From Anthoceros angustus (taxonomy: Eukaryota > Plantae > Anthocerotophyta): a DNA stretch of 64,000 bases. A program made the position numbers and the translations under genes. Every line of letters starts with the position of its first letter. Within the stretch, counting starts at the first letter, position 1. Below, piece after piece: positions 36,301-51,300 of this stretch. The notes under the pieces are model-generated. The model was not told the DNA's origin and ran no database searches. It saw only the letters and a program-made list of their open reading frames with translations. The stretch spans positions 2,046,001-2,110,000 of the forward strand of contig MU008165.1 of assembly GCA_010909165.1 (NCBI GenBank). Direction: 5' to 3'.

Positions 36301-39300
36301 AACTTGCGTTCCCTTGCAGCCCTTGCGGTAGTGGATTACCACCAGTCGTGACACAAAGCGAACATTGCGTGAGCGGCATCACATAAAGCCCTCAAGCTTG
36401 AGGCAAACTGGTTGGTGGAATCCTTTGACGAATGATAGTGAGAAAGAGCTCATACATTTGCTGCCCGTGTGTATGTGTTCCCATACTATGACCCCCTATA
36501 ACTATATATTACACATGTGCATAGGTATATCTAACAAAGTGGCACCCTCGGCGGGACCTCACCACATTCAAGTGCAAAAGGCTTGATGTCCTAACCTAAG
36601 GCTTGTCATCGACTCATCATTCGCTAAGCTTTCCTTCACGGCTCCTGTTTGCCTAACAAGCCGGGCACACAAATCCGTCGATCTCTTGATTTAGAAGGTT
36701 GCTTCTTGGGAAATGAAATGCTCTACTAACCGAGTCCTTAGAGGTTTTCGACTTCACGGAGGAGGAACTTGCTGCCTCGGCTGCGGAATAAAAATTCCAG
36801 AAATAGTCCCAATAGTAGTTCCCATGGGGCTTGTCAACACCAGTGTATACCCTCATGTTTGTGCTTGATCATTAGATCCAAGTCTTCCAAGCACCGTCGG
36901 GCAATTATTCTTTGGGGTCTTCCTCATCCCACACTATTGTTGCGATGTTGAACTTCTTAGGCTCGAGTCTTGACAAGGTCCGTGATCATCCATCCGCCAG
37001 TTCGTCCACAAAAACATTGCGTCATCTAATTCTTTAGAGTTTTAAAGTGGTTTATTGACCATAGGCTGGTTCTTACGTTCTTGAGGTCCAATTCTTAAGA
37101 GTTTTAGAGTGATTTATTGAGGATAGGTTGATTTCTTACGTTCTTGAGGTCCAATTCTTAAGAGTTTTAAAGTGGTTTAGCGACAATAGGCTGGTTTCTT
37201 CGTTCTTTGGGGTCCAATTCTTAAGAGTTTTAAAGTGGTTAGTGACAATAGGCTGGTTTCTTCGTTCTTTGGGATTTTGGGAGCGCTCTTATCAATGTGC
37301 TTTGGTGAGGTGAATACGTGTCATCCTCATCCAAGCACATTCAAGCGATTAGGTGGCGATTTGGGGCGGCTCATGTATCGTGTATGATTTGGAGCTTTTG
37401 ATCCTACATTGGCCATGTTATCGAGGCTTGGCTGGTTGGATGGTGTCGTTTGAGGTTTGCCTAACAAGCCGTGCACACAAATCCGTCGATCTCTTGATTT
37501 AGAAGGTTGCTTCTTGGGAAATGAAATGCTCTACTAACCGAGTCCTTAGAGGTTTTCGACTTCACGGAGGAGGAACTTGCTGCCTCGACTTAGTGCGGAA
37601 TAAAAATTCCAGAAATAGTCCCAATAGTAGTTCCCATGGGGCTTGTCAACACCAGTGTATACCCTCATGTTTGTGCTTGATCATTAGATCCAAGTCTTCC
37701 AAGCACCGTCGGGCAATTATTCTTTGGGGTCTTCCTCATCCCACACTATTGTTGCGATGTTGAACTTCTTAGGCTCGAGTCTTGACAAGGTCCGTGATCA
37801 TCCATCCGCCTAAAAGTTCGTCCACAAAAACATTGCGTCATCTAATTCTTTAGAGTTTTAAAGTGGTTTATTGACCATAGGCTGGTTTCTTACGTTCTTG
37901 AGGTCCAATTCTTAAGAGTTTTAGAGTGATTTATTGAGGATAGGTTGATTTCTTACGTTCTTGAGGTCCAATTCTTAAGAGTTTTAAAGTGGTTTAGCGA
38001 CAATAGGCTGGTTTCTTCGTTCTTTGGGGTCCAATTCTTAAGAGTTTTAAAGTGGTTTAGTGACAATAGGCTGGTTTCTTCGTTCTTTGGGATTTTGGGA
38101 GCGCTCTTATCAATGTGCTTTGGTGAGGTGAATACGTGTCATCCTCATCCAAGCACATTCAAGCGATTAGGTGGCGATTTGGGGCGGCTCATGTATCGTG
38201 TATGATTTGGAGCTTTTGATCCTACATTGGCCATGTTATCGAGGCTTGGCTGGTTGGATGGTGTCGTTTGAGGTTTACTTCGTTATGAGTCTCAAGCTTT
38301 GAGTGGATTGGGAGTTCGGAGGTAGTCGGTGTTTAGGTTCGTGTGTAGGTGTTCTTATTCAACATTGTCCACTTGTGCTGGAGGTCGTATTCGGTCTCAT
38401 GTGAAGGTCTCTTTGGAGGGCTTTGTCCTATTTTGGTGTATATTTTCAACAAAACCAGAATTGTTTTGAAAAACCCATAAATATTCATGTAAATTTAATC
38501 AGAAAAATGACTTATCTATACAAAAATAGAAGATAGTTATATGATAATTATTAAATAAATAACTAAAATAATCAAATTAATTCAAATGATTATTTAATAC
38601 TTTCTTCTCAATATAAATGAGATGATCTAAATCATCTAGGTGTACTCGTTGGATAGGGTGGCTCCATCTATAATAGGTGTACTCACTAGATGGGATGGCC
38701 CTATCCACCATAGGATAGCGCCAAAGCTACTTGATCCGGATGCCTGTGTTCATATATAGCAAGACACCATTGCAATTCAACATACAAGAAAAGCCTTTCA
38801 TCTTCGTCGTTACTTTGGATTGCATTTTCTCCATCTTGTCGGAAGCTTTGTTCAATCCACATACGACATTATATCCATCTCTACTCTCCACTCACAATAT
38901 CTCTTATCATTTTGAATGTCCTCTTGGATGGAAATGAGGTCATTCAAATTGATGTGGAAGATGACTTTCGTCTTGAGATGGTAAACCTTTTACGTAATCT
39001 CTTCTCTAAAGTGTATTTCACGTCTACATAATGGGCATGTACGCGCCCGCACATATGTAACCATGGATCTAAACATTTTTATGATACAAATGAGCACATA
39101 TATTTATTTTAGTAATCTCCGCCCACCTCAAGACTATCAAGGCAAAGCGGCAAGTCACTTGAATCATCGGCTTCTTCATTTTGATAAACATTTGTAGATA
39201 CATTGTAAATTGAAGACGTGTTCATGATTTCTAACATAATATTCTGATGTTATGTAGGCTAGTATAACCGTAATGCACGAAGAATAGTAAATGTTATGAG

Positions 39301-42300
39301 AAAAACCTCTTCAAAAGGTTATGAAAATACCCTCTTTTCTAAAGTATGTGAAAGAAGCATATACCTTAGCATATATAGGCCATCATTTTGATAATGACCT
39401 TGGATTTTGTACATCTAAACTTTGACCTACTTTTGTTTATTTTAGGCTGTCATTTTCTATTTTGTCCTTGGATTTCGATCATGTTTGGTTTTATTTTGTA
39501 CTTGATTTGGAGCTTTTGATCCTACATTGGCCATGTTATCGAGGCTTGGCTGGTTGGATGGTGTCGTTTGAGGTTTACGTTATGAGTCTCAAGCTTTGAG
39601 TGGATTGGGAGTTCGGAGGTAGTCGGTGTTTAGGTTCGTGTGTAGGTGTTCTTATTCAACATTGTCCACTTGTGCTGGAGGTATTCGGTCTCATGTGAAG
39701 GTCTCTTTGGAGGGCTTTGTCCTATTTTGGTGTATATTTTCAACAAAACCAGAATTGTTTTGAAAAACCCATAAATATTCATGTAAATTTAATCAGAAAA
39801 ATGACTTATCTATACAAAAATAGAAGATAGTTATATGATAATTATTAAATAAATAACTAAAATAATCAAATTAATTCAAATGATTATTTAATACTTTCTT
39901 CTCAATATAAATGAGATGATCTAAATCATCTAGGTGTACTCGTTGGAAAGGGTGGCTCCATCTATAATAGGTGTGTACTCACTAGATGGGATGGCCCTAT
40001 CCACCATAGGATAGTGCCAAAGCTACTTGATCTGGATGCCTCTGTTCATATAGCAAGACACCATTGCAATTCAACATACAAGAAAAGCCTTTCATCTTCG
40101 TCGTTACTTTGGATTGCATTTTCTCCATCTTGTCGGAAGATTTGTTCAATCCACATACGACATTATATCCATCTCTACTCTCCACTCACAATATCTCTTA
40201 TCATTTTGAATGTCCTCTTGGATGGAAATGAGGTCATTCGAAATTGATGTGGAAGGTGACTTTCGTCTTGAGATGGTAAACCTTTTACGTAATCTCTTCT
40301 CTAAAGTGTATTTCACGTCTACATAATGGGCATGTCGTCACGCCACACATATGCAACCATGGATCTAAACATTTTTATGATACAAATGAGCACATATATT
40401 TATTTTAGTAATCTCGCCCACCTCAAGACTATCAAGGCAAAGCGGCAAGTCACTTGAATCATCTTCTTCATTTTGATAAACATTTGTAGATACATTGTAA
40501 ATTGAAGACGTGTTCATGATTTCTAACATAATATTTAGATGTTATGTAGGCTAGTATATAGTAATGCACGAAGAATAGTAAATGTTATGAGAAAAACCTC
40601 TTCAAAAGGTTATGAAAATACCCTCTTTTCTAAAGTATGTGAAAGAAGCATATACCTTCGCATATATAGGCCATCATTTTGATAATGACCTTGGATTTTG
40701 TACATCTAAACTTTGACCTACTTTTGTTTATTTTAGGCTGTCATTTTCTATTTTGTCCTTGGATTTCGATCATGTTTGGTTTTATTTTGTACTTGATTTG
40801 GCCCATGTGTCATTTTTATTTTGTCCTTGGATTTCGCCCATGTGAACTCTTTCAAGATATGTTTGAAGAACACGTACATCTCACATAGATGATTTAAAGC
40901 GGATATTCTTTTGAAAAGCATATTGTTAAAAAAATTGAATGATTTTGTGGAAAAGAAAACAACGATAATCCTAAATCCTAACAAAACTACAACTAATGTT
41001 GTGCATGACAACTTCGATTGCATAGCCAAGGATGCTAATACATGGAACTGTAACAAGGCCATGAGGCGGGGCATGAGGTTAGGTGAAAAACCAGGGTAAA
41101 CCAGGTCTTGAGATGATAAACCACTATTTTGTATTCTCTTCTCTAAAGTATACTTCACGTCTACATAGTGGGCATGTCGTCACGCCACACATATGCAACC
41201 ATGGATCAAACATTTTTGTGATACAAATGAGCACATATGTTTATTTTAGTAATCTCTTCTCTAAAGTGTATTTCACGTCTACATAATGGGCATGTACGCG
41301 CCCGCACATATGTAACCATGGATCTAAACATTTTTATGATACAAATGAGCACATATATTTATTTTAGTAATCTCCGCCCACCTCAAGACTATCAAGGCAA
41401 AGCGGCAAGTCACTTGAATCATCGGCTTCTTCATTTTGATAAACATTTGTAGATACATTGTAAATTGAAGGCGTGTTCATGATTTCTAACATAATATTCT
41501 GATGTTATGTAGGCTAGTATAGTAATGCACGAAGAATAGTAAATGTTATGAGAAAAACCTCTTCAAAAGGTTATGAAAATACCCTCTTTTCTAAAGTATG
41601 TGAAAGAAGCATATACCTTCGCATATATAGGCCATCATTTTGATAATGACCTTGGATTTTGTACATCTAAACTTTGACCTACTTTTGTTTATTTTAGGCT
41701 GTCATTTTCTATTTTGTCCTTGGATTTCGATCATGTTTGGTTTTATTTTGTACTTGATTTGGCCCATGTGTCATTTTTATTTTGTCCTTGGATTTCGCCC
41801 ATGTGAACTCTTTCAAGATATGTTTGAAGAACACGTACATCTCACATAGGCAGTTAAAGGCGATATTCTTTTGAAAAGCATATTGTTAAAAAAATTGAAT
41901 GATTTTGTGGAAAAGAAAACAACGATAATCCTAAATCCTAACAAAACTACAACTAATGTTGTGCATGACAACTACTGCATAGCCAAGGATGCTAATACAT
42001 GGGTAACAAGGCCATGAGGCGGGGCATGAGGTTAGGTGAAAAACCAGGGTAAACCAGGTCTTGAGATGATAAACCACTATTTTGTATTCTCTTCTCTAAA
42101 GTATACTTCACGTCTACATAGTGGGCATGTACGTCACGCCACACACATATGCAACCATGGATCAAACATTTTTGTGATACAAATGAGCACATATGTTTAT
42201 TTTAGTAATCTCTTGGCCCACCTCAAGTTTATCAAGGCAAAGCGGCAAGTCACTTGAATCATCGGCTTCTTCATTTTGATAAACATATGTAGATCCTCTC

Positions 42301-45300
42301 TATCTCTACTCTCTCAATAGAGTTTCTCATTAAGTAAGTTAAGTCGTTATAGTCGCTATGAAAATCGTTATGTCTATTCGCACGGATACTAAAATATTCA
42401 TCTCCTTATTTTATATTTTATTATATTTTTAATAATAAACTAATTTAAACATCATATAATTAGATTATAATAATAAAATCTTCATGATGATGAGATAAAC
42501 ACGGATGAGCTTCTTACAATCTGCACAAGACTAGATGAAATCCTCAATGAAATGCGGAATGAAATGATTGCAACAATAAATGGGATTGACATTATTTACA
42601 AAATAAAATCTGAGGAATGTGATTCTCACACATAAGCGAGCATTTTCCGCACATAAATGATGTGGTTAGTGATGATGAGGCGAGGCATGGATGAGTGTGG
42701 GTCCCTTTTCTACTAAGGTGGGTGATTCTAAATCTTTACCTAGCTCTTTGTCTATTATAGTCCACTTGATTGAATTTTCCTATAATAGGACTTGGTTCTT
42801 AACAACTTGTACTATAGTGTGCCTCAGCTATTCGCACCAAGGGTATCCACTCCTCTAGACACCCCATCTAAGTATCGATCAAGCACAAGATGCTTAGTAA
42901 CCACGTTCTTATAAATGTTGTCTATTTGGCTTAAGAAATGGTGGCATTTCTTCCTCTGAGCTCGTTTTGAAAGTGTCTTTTGTTTAAGCATGGTGGCGAT
43001 AGCGGAGGAGCTCTCCACCGTGCAATGCTGCCAGACTTGCGCCTCTACATCACTAAAGAGCGATATGTGACTTGTGTCGTGTGTAGGACCTAGCTACAGG
43101 CGTCGTCGCGTTTCCGCCATGGTCTAGGGGCCCTACCATACGTGAATGCATGTCCATATGGCCCTTGGTATGCCACTACGAGTGATGGGGAAAAATTGAA
43201 ATGTGTATGAATTGAGAGTGTAAAACGTCTTGAAAGTCTCACGGTGTGAGCACTGAGGTAAGCCTATTAAGGCCCTAGGTTGTGCGATTCACCAATATAT
43301 CGCTTTCCGGTCTCATGGGGTTAGGAAGAGCCAACTTGCGTTCTCTTGCAGCCCTTGCGGTAGTGGATTACCACCGGTCGTGACACAAAGCCGAACATTG
43401 CGTGAGCGGCATCACATAAAGCCCTCAAGCTTGAGGCAAACTGGTTGGTGGAATCCTTTGACGAATGATAGTGAGAAAGAGCTCATACATTTGCTGCCCG
43501 TGTGTATGTGTTCCCATACTAACGACTATAACTATATGTTACACATGTGCATAGGTATATCTAACAAAGTGGCACCCTCGGGACCTCACATTCAAGTGCA
43601 AAAGGCTTGATGTCCTAACCTAAGGCTGGCTTGTCATCGACTCATCATTCGCTAAGCTTTCCTTCACGGCTCCCTGTTTGCCTAACAAGCCGGGCACACA
43701 AATCCGATCTCTTGATTTAGAAGGTTGCTTCTTGGGAAATGAAATGCTCTACTAACCGAGTCCTTAGAGGTTTTCGACTTCAGAGGAGGAACTTGCTGCC
43801 TCGACTTATGGAATAAAAATTCCAGAAATAGTCCCAATAGTAGTTCCCATGGGGCTTGTCAACACCAAAGTGTATACCCTCATGTTTGTGCTTGATCATT
43901 AGATCCAAGTCTTCCAAGCACCGTCGGGCAATTATTGGGTCTTCCTCATCCCACACTATTGTTGCGATGTTGAACTTCTTAGGCTCCGAGTCTTCTAACA
44001 AGGTCCGTGATCATCCATCCGCCGAAAGTTCGTCCACAAAAACATTGCGTCGATCTAATTCTTTAGAGTTTTAAAGTGGTTTATTGACCATAGGCTGGTT
44101 TCTTCGTTCTTGAGGTCCAATTCTTAAGAGTTTTAGAGTGATTTATTGAGGATAGGTTGATTTCTTCGTTCTTGAGGTCCAATTCTTAAGAGTTTTAAAG
44201 TGGTTTAGCGACAATAGGCTGGTTCTTACGTTCTTTGGGGTCCAATTCTTAAGAGTTTTAAAGTGGTTTAGTGACAATAGGCTGGTTTCACGTTCTTATA
44301 AATGTTGTCTATTTGGCTTAAGAAATGGTGGCATTTCTTCCTCTGAGCTCGTTTTGAAAGTGTCTTTTGTTTAAGCATGGTGGCGATAGCTGGAGGAGCT
44401 CTCCACCGTGCGACAGCTGATCGGGACTTGCGCCTCTACATCACTAAAGAGCGGCATATGTGACTTGTATGCATGTGTAGGACCTAGCTACGGCGTCGTG
44501 CAGCGTTTCCGCCATGGTCTAGGGGCCCTACCATACGTGAATGCATGTCCATATGGCCCTTGAGGTATGCCACTACGAGTGATGGGGAAAAATTGAAATG
44601 TGTATGAATTGAGAGTGTAAAAGCGTCTTGAAAGTCTCACGGTGTGAGCTAGGTAAGCCTATTAAGGCCCTAGGTTGTCGATATTCGACCAATATATCGT
44701 TTTCCTGGTCTCATGGGGTTAGGAAGAGCCAACTTGCGTTCTCTTGCAGCCCTTGCGGTAGTGGATTACCACCGGTCGTGACACAAAGCGAACATTGCGT
44801 GAGCGGCATCACATAAAGCCCTCAAGCTTGAGGCAAACTGGTTGGTGGAATCCTTTGACGAATGATAGTGAGAAAGAGCTCATACATTTTGCCCGTGTGT
44901 ATGTGTTCCCATACTAACTGCCTATAACTATATGTTACACATGTGCATAGGTATATCTAACAAAGTGGCACCCTCGGGACCTCACCACATTCAAGTGCAA
45001 AAGGCTTGATGTCCTAACCTAAGGCTGGCTTGTCATCGACTCATCATTCGCTAAGCTTTCCTTCACGGCTCCTGTTTGCCTAACAAGCCGAGCACACAAA
45101 TCCGATCTCTTGATTTAGAAGGTTGCTTCTTGGGAAATGAAATGCTCTCTACTAGCAGGGTCCTTAGAGGTTTTCGGCTTCACGGAGGAGGAACTTGCCT
45201 CGACTTAGTGGAATAAAAATTCAGAAATAGTCCCAATAGTAGTTCCCATGGGGCTTGTCAACACCAGTGTATACCCTCGTGTTTGTGCTTGATCATTAGA

Positions 45301-48300
45301 TCCAAGTCTTCCAAGCACCGTCGGGCAATTATTGGGTCTTCCTCATCCCACACTATTGTTGCGATGTTGAACTTCTTAGGCTCGAGTCTTGACAAGGTCC
45401 GTGATCATCCATCCGAGTTCGTCCACAAAAACATTGCGTCGGTCTAATTCTTTAGAGTTTTAAAGTGGTTTATTGACCATAGGCTGGTTCTTACGTTCTT
45501 TGGGGTCCAATTCTTAAGAGTTTTAGAGTGATTTATTGAGGATAGGTTGATTTCTTCGTTCTTGAGGTCCAATTCTTAAGAGTTTTAAAGTGGTTTAGCG
45601 ACAATAGGCTGGTTCTTACGTTCTTTGGGGTCCAATTCTTAAGAGTTTTAAAGTGGTTTAGTGACAATAGGCTGGTTCTTACGTTCTTGGGATTTTGGGG
45701 CGCTCTTATCAATGTGCTTTGGTGAGGTGAATCGTGTCATCCTCATCCAAGCACATTCAAGCGATTAGGTGGCGGTTTAGGCGGCTCATGTATCGTGTAT
45801 GATTTGGAGCTTTTGATCCTACATTGGCCATGTTATCGCTTGGCTGGTTGGATGGTGTCGTTTGAGGTTTACCGTTATGAGTCTCAAGCTTTGAGTGGAT
45901 TGGGAGTTCGGAGGTAGTCGGTGTTTAGGTTCGTGTGTAGGTGTTCTTATTCAACATTGTCCACTTGTCTGCTGGAGGTGTATTCGGTCTCATGTGAAGG
46001 TCTCTTTGGAGGCTTTGTCCTATTTTGGTGTATATTTTCAACAAAACCAGAATTGTTTTGAAAAACCCATAAATATTCATGTAAATTTAATCAGAAAAAT
46101 GACTTATCTATACAAAAATAGAAGATAGTTATATGATAATTATTAAATAAATAACTAAAATAATCAAATTAATTCAAATGATTATTTAATACTTTCTTCT
46201 CAATATAAATGAGATGATCTAAATCATCTAGGTGTACTCGTTGGAAAGGGTGGCTCCATCTACAATAGGTGTACTCACTAGATGGGATGGCCCTATCCAC
46301 CATAGGATAGCGCCAAAGCTACTTGATCCGGATGCCTCTGTTCATATATAGCAAGACACCATTGCAATTCAACATACAAGAAAAGCCTTTCATCTTCGTC
46401 GTTACTTTGGATTGCATTTTCTCCATCTTGTCGGAAGATTTGTTCAATCCATACGACATTATATCCATCTCTACTCTCCACTCACAATATCTCTTATCAT
46501 TTGAATGTCCTCTTGGATGGAAATGAGGTCATTCGAAATTGATGTGGAAGGTGACTTTCGTCTTGAGATGGTAAACCTTTTGTAATCTCTTCTCTAAAGT
46601 GTATTTCACGTCTACATAATGGGCATGTCTGTGACCGCACATATGTAACCATGGATCTAAACATTTTTATGATACAAATGAGCACATATATTTATTTTAG
46701 TAATCTCGCCCACCTCAAGACTATCAAGGCAAAGACAAGTCACTTCATCTTCTTCATTTTGATAAACATTTGTAGATACATTGTAAATTGAAGGCGTGTT
46801 CATGATTTCTAACGCAATATTCTGAGATGTTATGTAGGCTAGTATAACCGTAATGCACGAAGAATAGTAAATGTTATGAGAAAAACCTCTTCAAAAGGTT
46901 ATGAAAATACCCTCTTTTCTAAAGTATGTGAAAGAAGCATATACCTTCATATAGCAAGACACCATTGCAATTCAACATACAAGAAAAGCCTTTCATCTTC
47001 GTCGTTACTTTGGATTGCATTTTCTCCATCTTGTCGGAAGATTTGTTCAATCCAGCGCATACGACATTATATCCATCTCTACTCTCCCACTCACAATATC
47101 TCTTATCATTTGAATGTCCTCTTGGATGGAAATGAGGTCATTCGAAATTGATGTGGAAGATGACTTTCGTCTTGAGATGGTAAACCTTTTACGTAATCTC
47201 TTCTCTAAAGTGTATTTCACGTCTACATAATGGGCATGTCTGCGGCGCCCGCACATATGTAACCATGGATCTAAACATTTTTATGATACAAATGAGCACA
47301 TATATTTATTTTAGTAATCTCGCCCACCTCAAGACTATCAAGGCAAAGACAAGTCACTTCAATCATCTTCTTCATTTTGATAAACATTTGTAGATACATT
47401 GTAAATTGAAGGCGTGTTCATGATTCTAACGCAATATTCTGAGATGTTATGTAGGCTAGTATAACCGTAATGCACGAAGAATAGTAAATGTTATGAGAAA
47501 AACCTCTTCAAAGGTTATGAAAATACCCTCTTTTCTAAAGTATGTGAAAGAAGCATATACCTTGCATATATAGCAAGACACCATTGCAATTCAACATACA
47601 AGAAAAGCCTTTCATCTTCGTCGTTACTTTGGATTGCATTTTCTCCATCTTGTCGGAAGATTTGTTCAATCCAGCGCATACGACATTATATCCATCTCTA
47701 CTCTCCCACTCACAATATCTCTTATCATTTTGAATGTCCTCTTGGATGGAAATGAGGTCATTCGAAATTGATGTGGAAGATGACTTTCGTCTTGAGATGG
47801 TAAACCTTTTACGTAATCTCTTCTAAAGTGTATTTCACGTCTACATAATGGGCATGTCGTCACGCCACACATATGCAACCATGGATCTAAACATTTTTAT
47901 GATACAAATGAGCACATATATTTATTTTAGTAATCTCGCCCACCTCAAGACTATCAAGGCAAAGACAAGTCACTTCGAATCATCGGCTTCTTCATTTTGA
48001 TAAACATTTGTAGATACATTGTAAATTGAAGACGTGTTCATGATTCTAACGCAATATTCTGAGATGTTATGTAGGCTAGTATAACCGTAATGCACGAAGA
48101 ATAGTAAATGTTATGAGAAAAACCTCTTCAAAAGGTTATGAAAATACCCTCTTTTCTAAAGTATGTGAAAGAAGCATATACCTTGCATATATAGGCCATC
48201 ATTTTGATAATGACCTTGGATTTTGTACATCTAAAATTTGACCTACTTTTGTTTATTTTAGGCTGTCATTTTCTATTTTGTCCTTGGATTTGATCATGTT

Positions 48301-51300
48301 TGGTTTTATTTTGTACTTGATTTGGCCCATGTGTCATTTTTATTTTGTCCTTGGATTTCGCCCATGTGAACTCTTTCAAGATATGTTTGAAGAACACGTA
48401 CATCTCACATAGGCAGTTAAAGGCGGATATTCTTTTGAAAAGCATATTGTTAAAAAAATTGAATGATTTTTGTGGAAAGAAAACAACGATAATCCTAAAT
48501 CCTAACAAAACTACAACTAATGTTGTGCATGACAACTCATTACATAGCCAAGGATGCTAATACATGGGGTAACAAGGCCATGAGGCGGGGCATGAGGTTA
48601 GGTGAAAAACCAGGGTAAACCAGGTCTTGAGATGATAAACCACTATTTGTATTCTCTTCTCTAAAGTATACTTCACGTCTACATAGTGGGCATGTCGTCA
48701 CGCCACACACATATGCAACCATGGATCAAACATTTTTGTGATACAAATGAGCACATATGTTTATTTTAGTAATCTCTTGGCCCACCTCAAGTTTATCAAG
48801 GCAAGCTGCAGTCACTTGAATCATCGGCTTCTTCATTTTGATAAACATATGTAGATCCTCTATCTCTACTCTCTCAATAGAGTTTCTCATTAAGTAAGTT
48901 AAGTCGTTATAGTCGCTATGAAAATCGTTATGTCTATTCATACGGATACTAAATATTCATCTCCTTATTTTATATTTTATTATATTTTTAATAATAAACT
49001 AATTTAAACATCATATAATTAGATTATAATAATAAAATCTTCATGATGATGAGATAAACACGGATGAGCTTCTTACAATCTGCACAAGACTAGATGAAAT
49101 CCTCAATGAAATGCGGAATGAAATGATTGCAACAATAAATGGGATTGACATTATTTACGAAATAAATGCTGAGGAATGTGATTCTCACACATAATCGAGC
49201 ATTTTCCATATAAATGATGTGGTTAGTGATGATGAGGCGAGGCATGGATGAGTGTGGGTCCCTTTTCTACTAAGGTGGGTGATTCTAAATCTTTACCTAG
49301 CTCTTTGTCTATTATAGTCCACTTGATTGAATTTTCCTATAATAGGACTTGGTTCTTAACAACTTGTACTATAGTGTGCCTCAGCTATTCGCACCAAGGG
49401 TATCCACTCCTCTAGACACCCCATCTAAGTATCGATCAAGCACAAGATGCTTAGTAACCACGTTCTTATAAATGTTGTCTATTTGGCTTAAGAAATGGTG
49501 GCATTTCTTCCCTCGGGCTCGTTTTGAAAGTGTCTTTTGTTTAAGCATGGTGGCGATAGCTGGAGGAGCTCTCCACCGTGCCGAACAGCTCACTTGCGCC
49601 TCTACATCACTAAAGAGCGATATGTGACTTGTGTGTGTAGGACCTAGCTACAGGCGTCGTGCAGCTTTCCGCCATGGTCTAGGGGCCCTACCATACGTGA
49701 ATGCATGTCCATATGGCCCTTGAGTATGCCACTACAGTGATGGGGAAAAATTGAAATGTATGAATTGAGAGTGTAAAAACGTCTTGAAAGTCTCACATGG
49801 TGTGAGCACTTGCTATTAAGGCCCTAGGTTGTGCGATTCACCAATATATCGCTTTCCTGGTCTCATGGGGTTAGGAAGAGCCAACTTGCGGTTCCTTGCA
49901 GCCCTTGCGGTAGTGGATTACCACCGGTCGTGACACAAAGCGAACATTGTGGTGGCATCACATAAAGCCCTCAAGCTTGAGGCAAAGCGGTTGGTGGAAT
50001 CCTTTGACGAATGATAGTGAGAAAGAGCTCATACATTTGCTGCCCGTGTGTATGTGTTCCCATACTACATGTCTATAACTATATGTTACACATGTGCATA
50101 GGTATATCTAACAAAGTGGCACCCTCGGGACCTCACCACATTCAAGTGCAAAAGGCTTGATGTCCTAACCTAAGGTGGCTTGTCATCGACTCATCATTCG
50201 CTAAGCTTTCCTTCACGGCTCCTGTTTGCCTAACAAGCCGTGCACACAAATCCGTCATCTCTTGATTTAGAAGGTTGCTTCTTGGGAAATGAAATGCTCT
50301 CTACTAACCGGAGTCCTTAGAGGTTTTCGACTTCAGAGGAGGAACTTGCTTTTCCGCGAATAAAAATTCCAGAAATAGTCCCAATAGTAGTTCCCATGGG
50401 GCTTGTCAACACCAGTGTATACCCTCATGTTTGTGCTTGATCATTAGATCCAAGTCTTCCAAGCACCGTCGGCAATTATTCTTTGGGGTCTTCCTCATCC
50501 CACACTATTGTTGCGATGTTGAACTTCTTAGGCTCCGAGTCTTCAAGGTCCGTGATCATCCATCCGAGTTCGTCCACAAAAACATTGCGTCGACTAATTC
50601 TTTAGAGTTTTAAAGTGGTTTATTGACCATAGGCTGGTTTCTTCGTTCTTTGGGGTCCAATTCTTAAGAGTTTTAGAGTGATTTATTGAGGATAGGTTGA
50701 TTTCTTCGTTCTTGGTCCAATTCTTAAGAGTTTTAAAGTGGTTTAGCGACAATAGGCTGGTTTCTTACGTTCTTTGGGGTCCAATTCTTAAGAGTTTTAA
50801 AGTGGTTTAGTGACAATAGGCTGGTTTCTTCGTTCTTTGGGATTTTGGAGCTCTTATCAATGTGCTTTGGTGAGGTGAATACGTGTCATCCTCATCCAAG
50901 CACATTCAAGCGTTAGGTGGCGATTTAGGCGGCTCATGTATCGTGTATGATTTGGAGCTTTTGATCCTACATTGGCCATGTTATCGAGCTTGGCTGGTTG
51001 GATGGTGTCGTTTGAGGTTTGCCGTTATGAGTCTCAAGCTTTGAGTGGATTGGGAGTTGGAGGTAGTCGGTGTTTAGGTTCGTGTGTAGGTGTTCTTATT
51101 CAACATTGTCCACTTGTCTGCTGGAGGTCGATTCGGTCTCATGTGAAGGTCTCTTTGGAGGGCTTTGTCCTATTTTGGTGTATATTTTCAACAAAACCAG
51201 AATTGTTTTGAAAACCCATAAATATTCATGTAAATTTAATCAGAAAAATGACTTATCTATACAAAAATAGAAGATAGTTATATGATAATTATTAAATAAA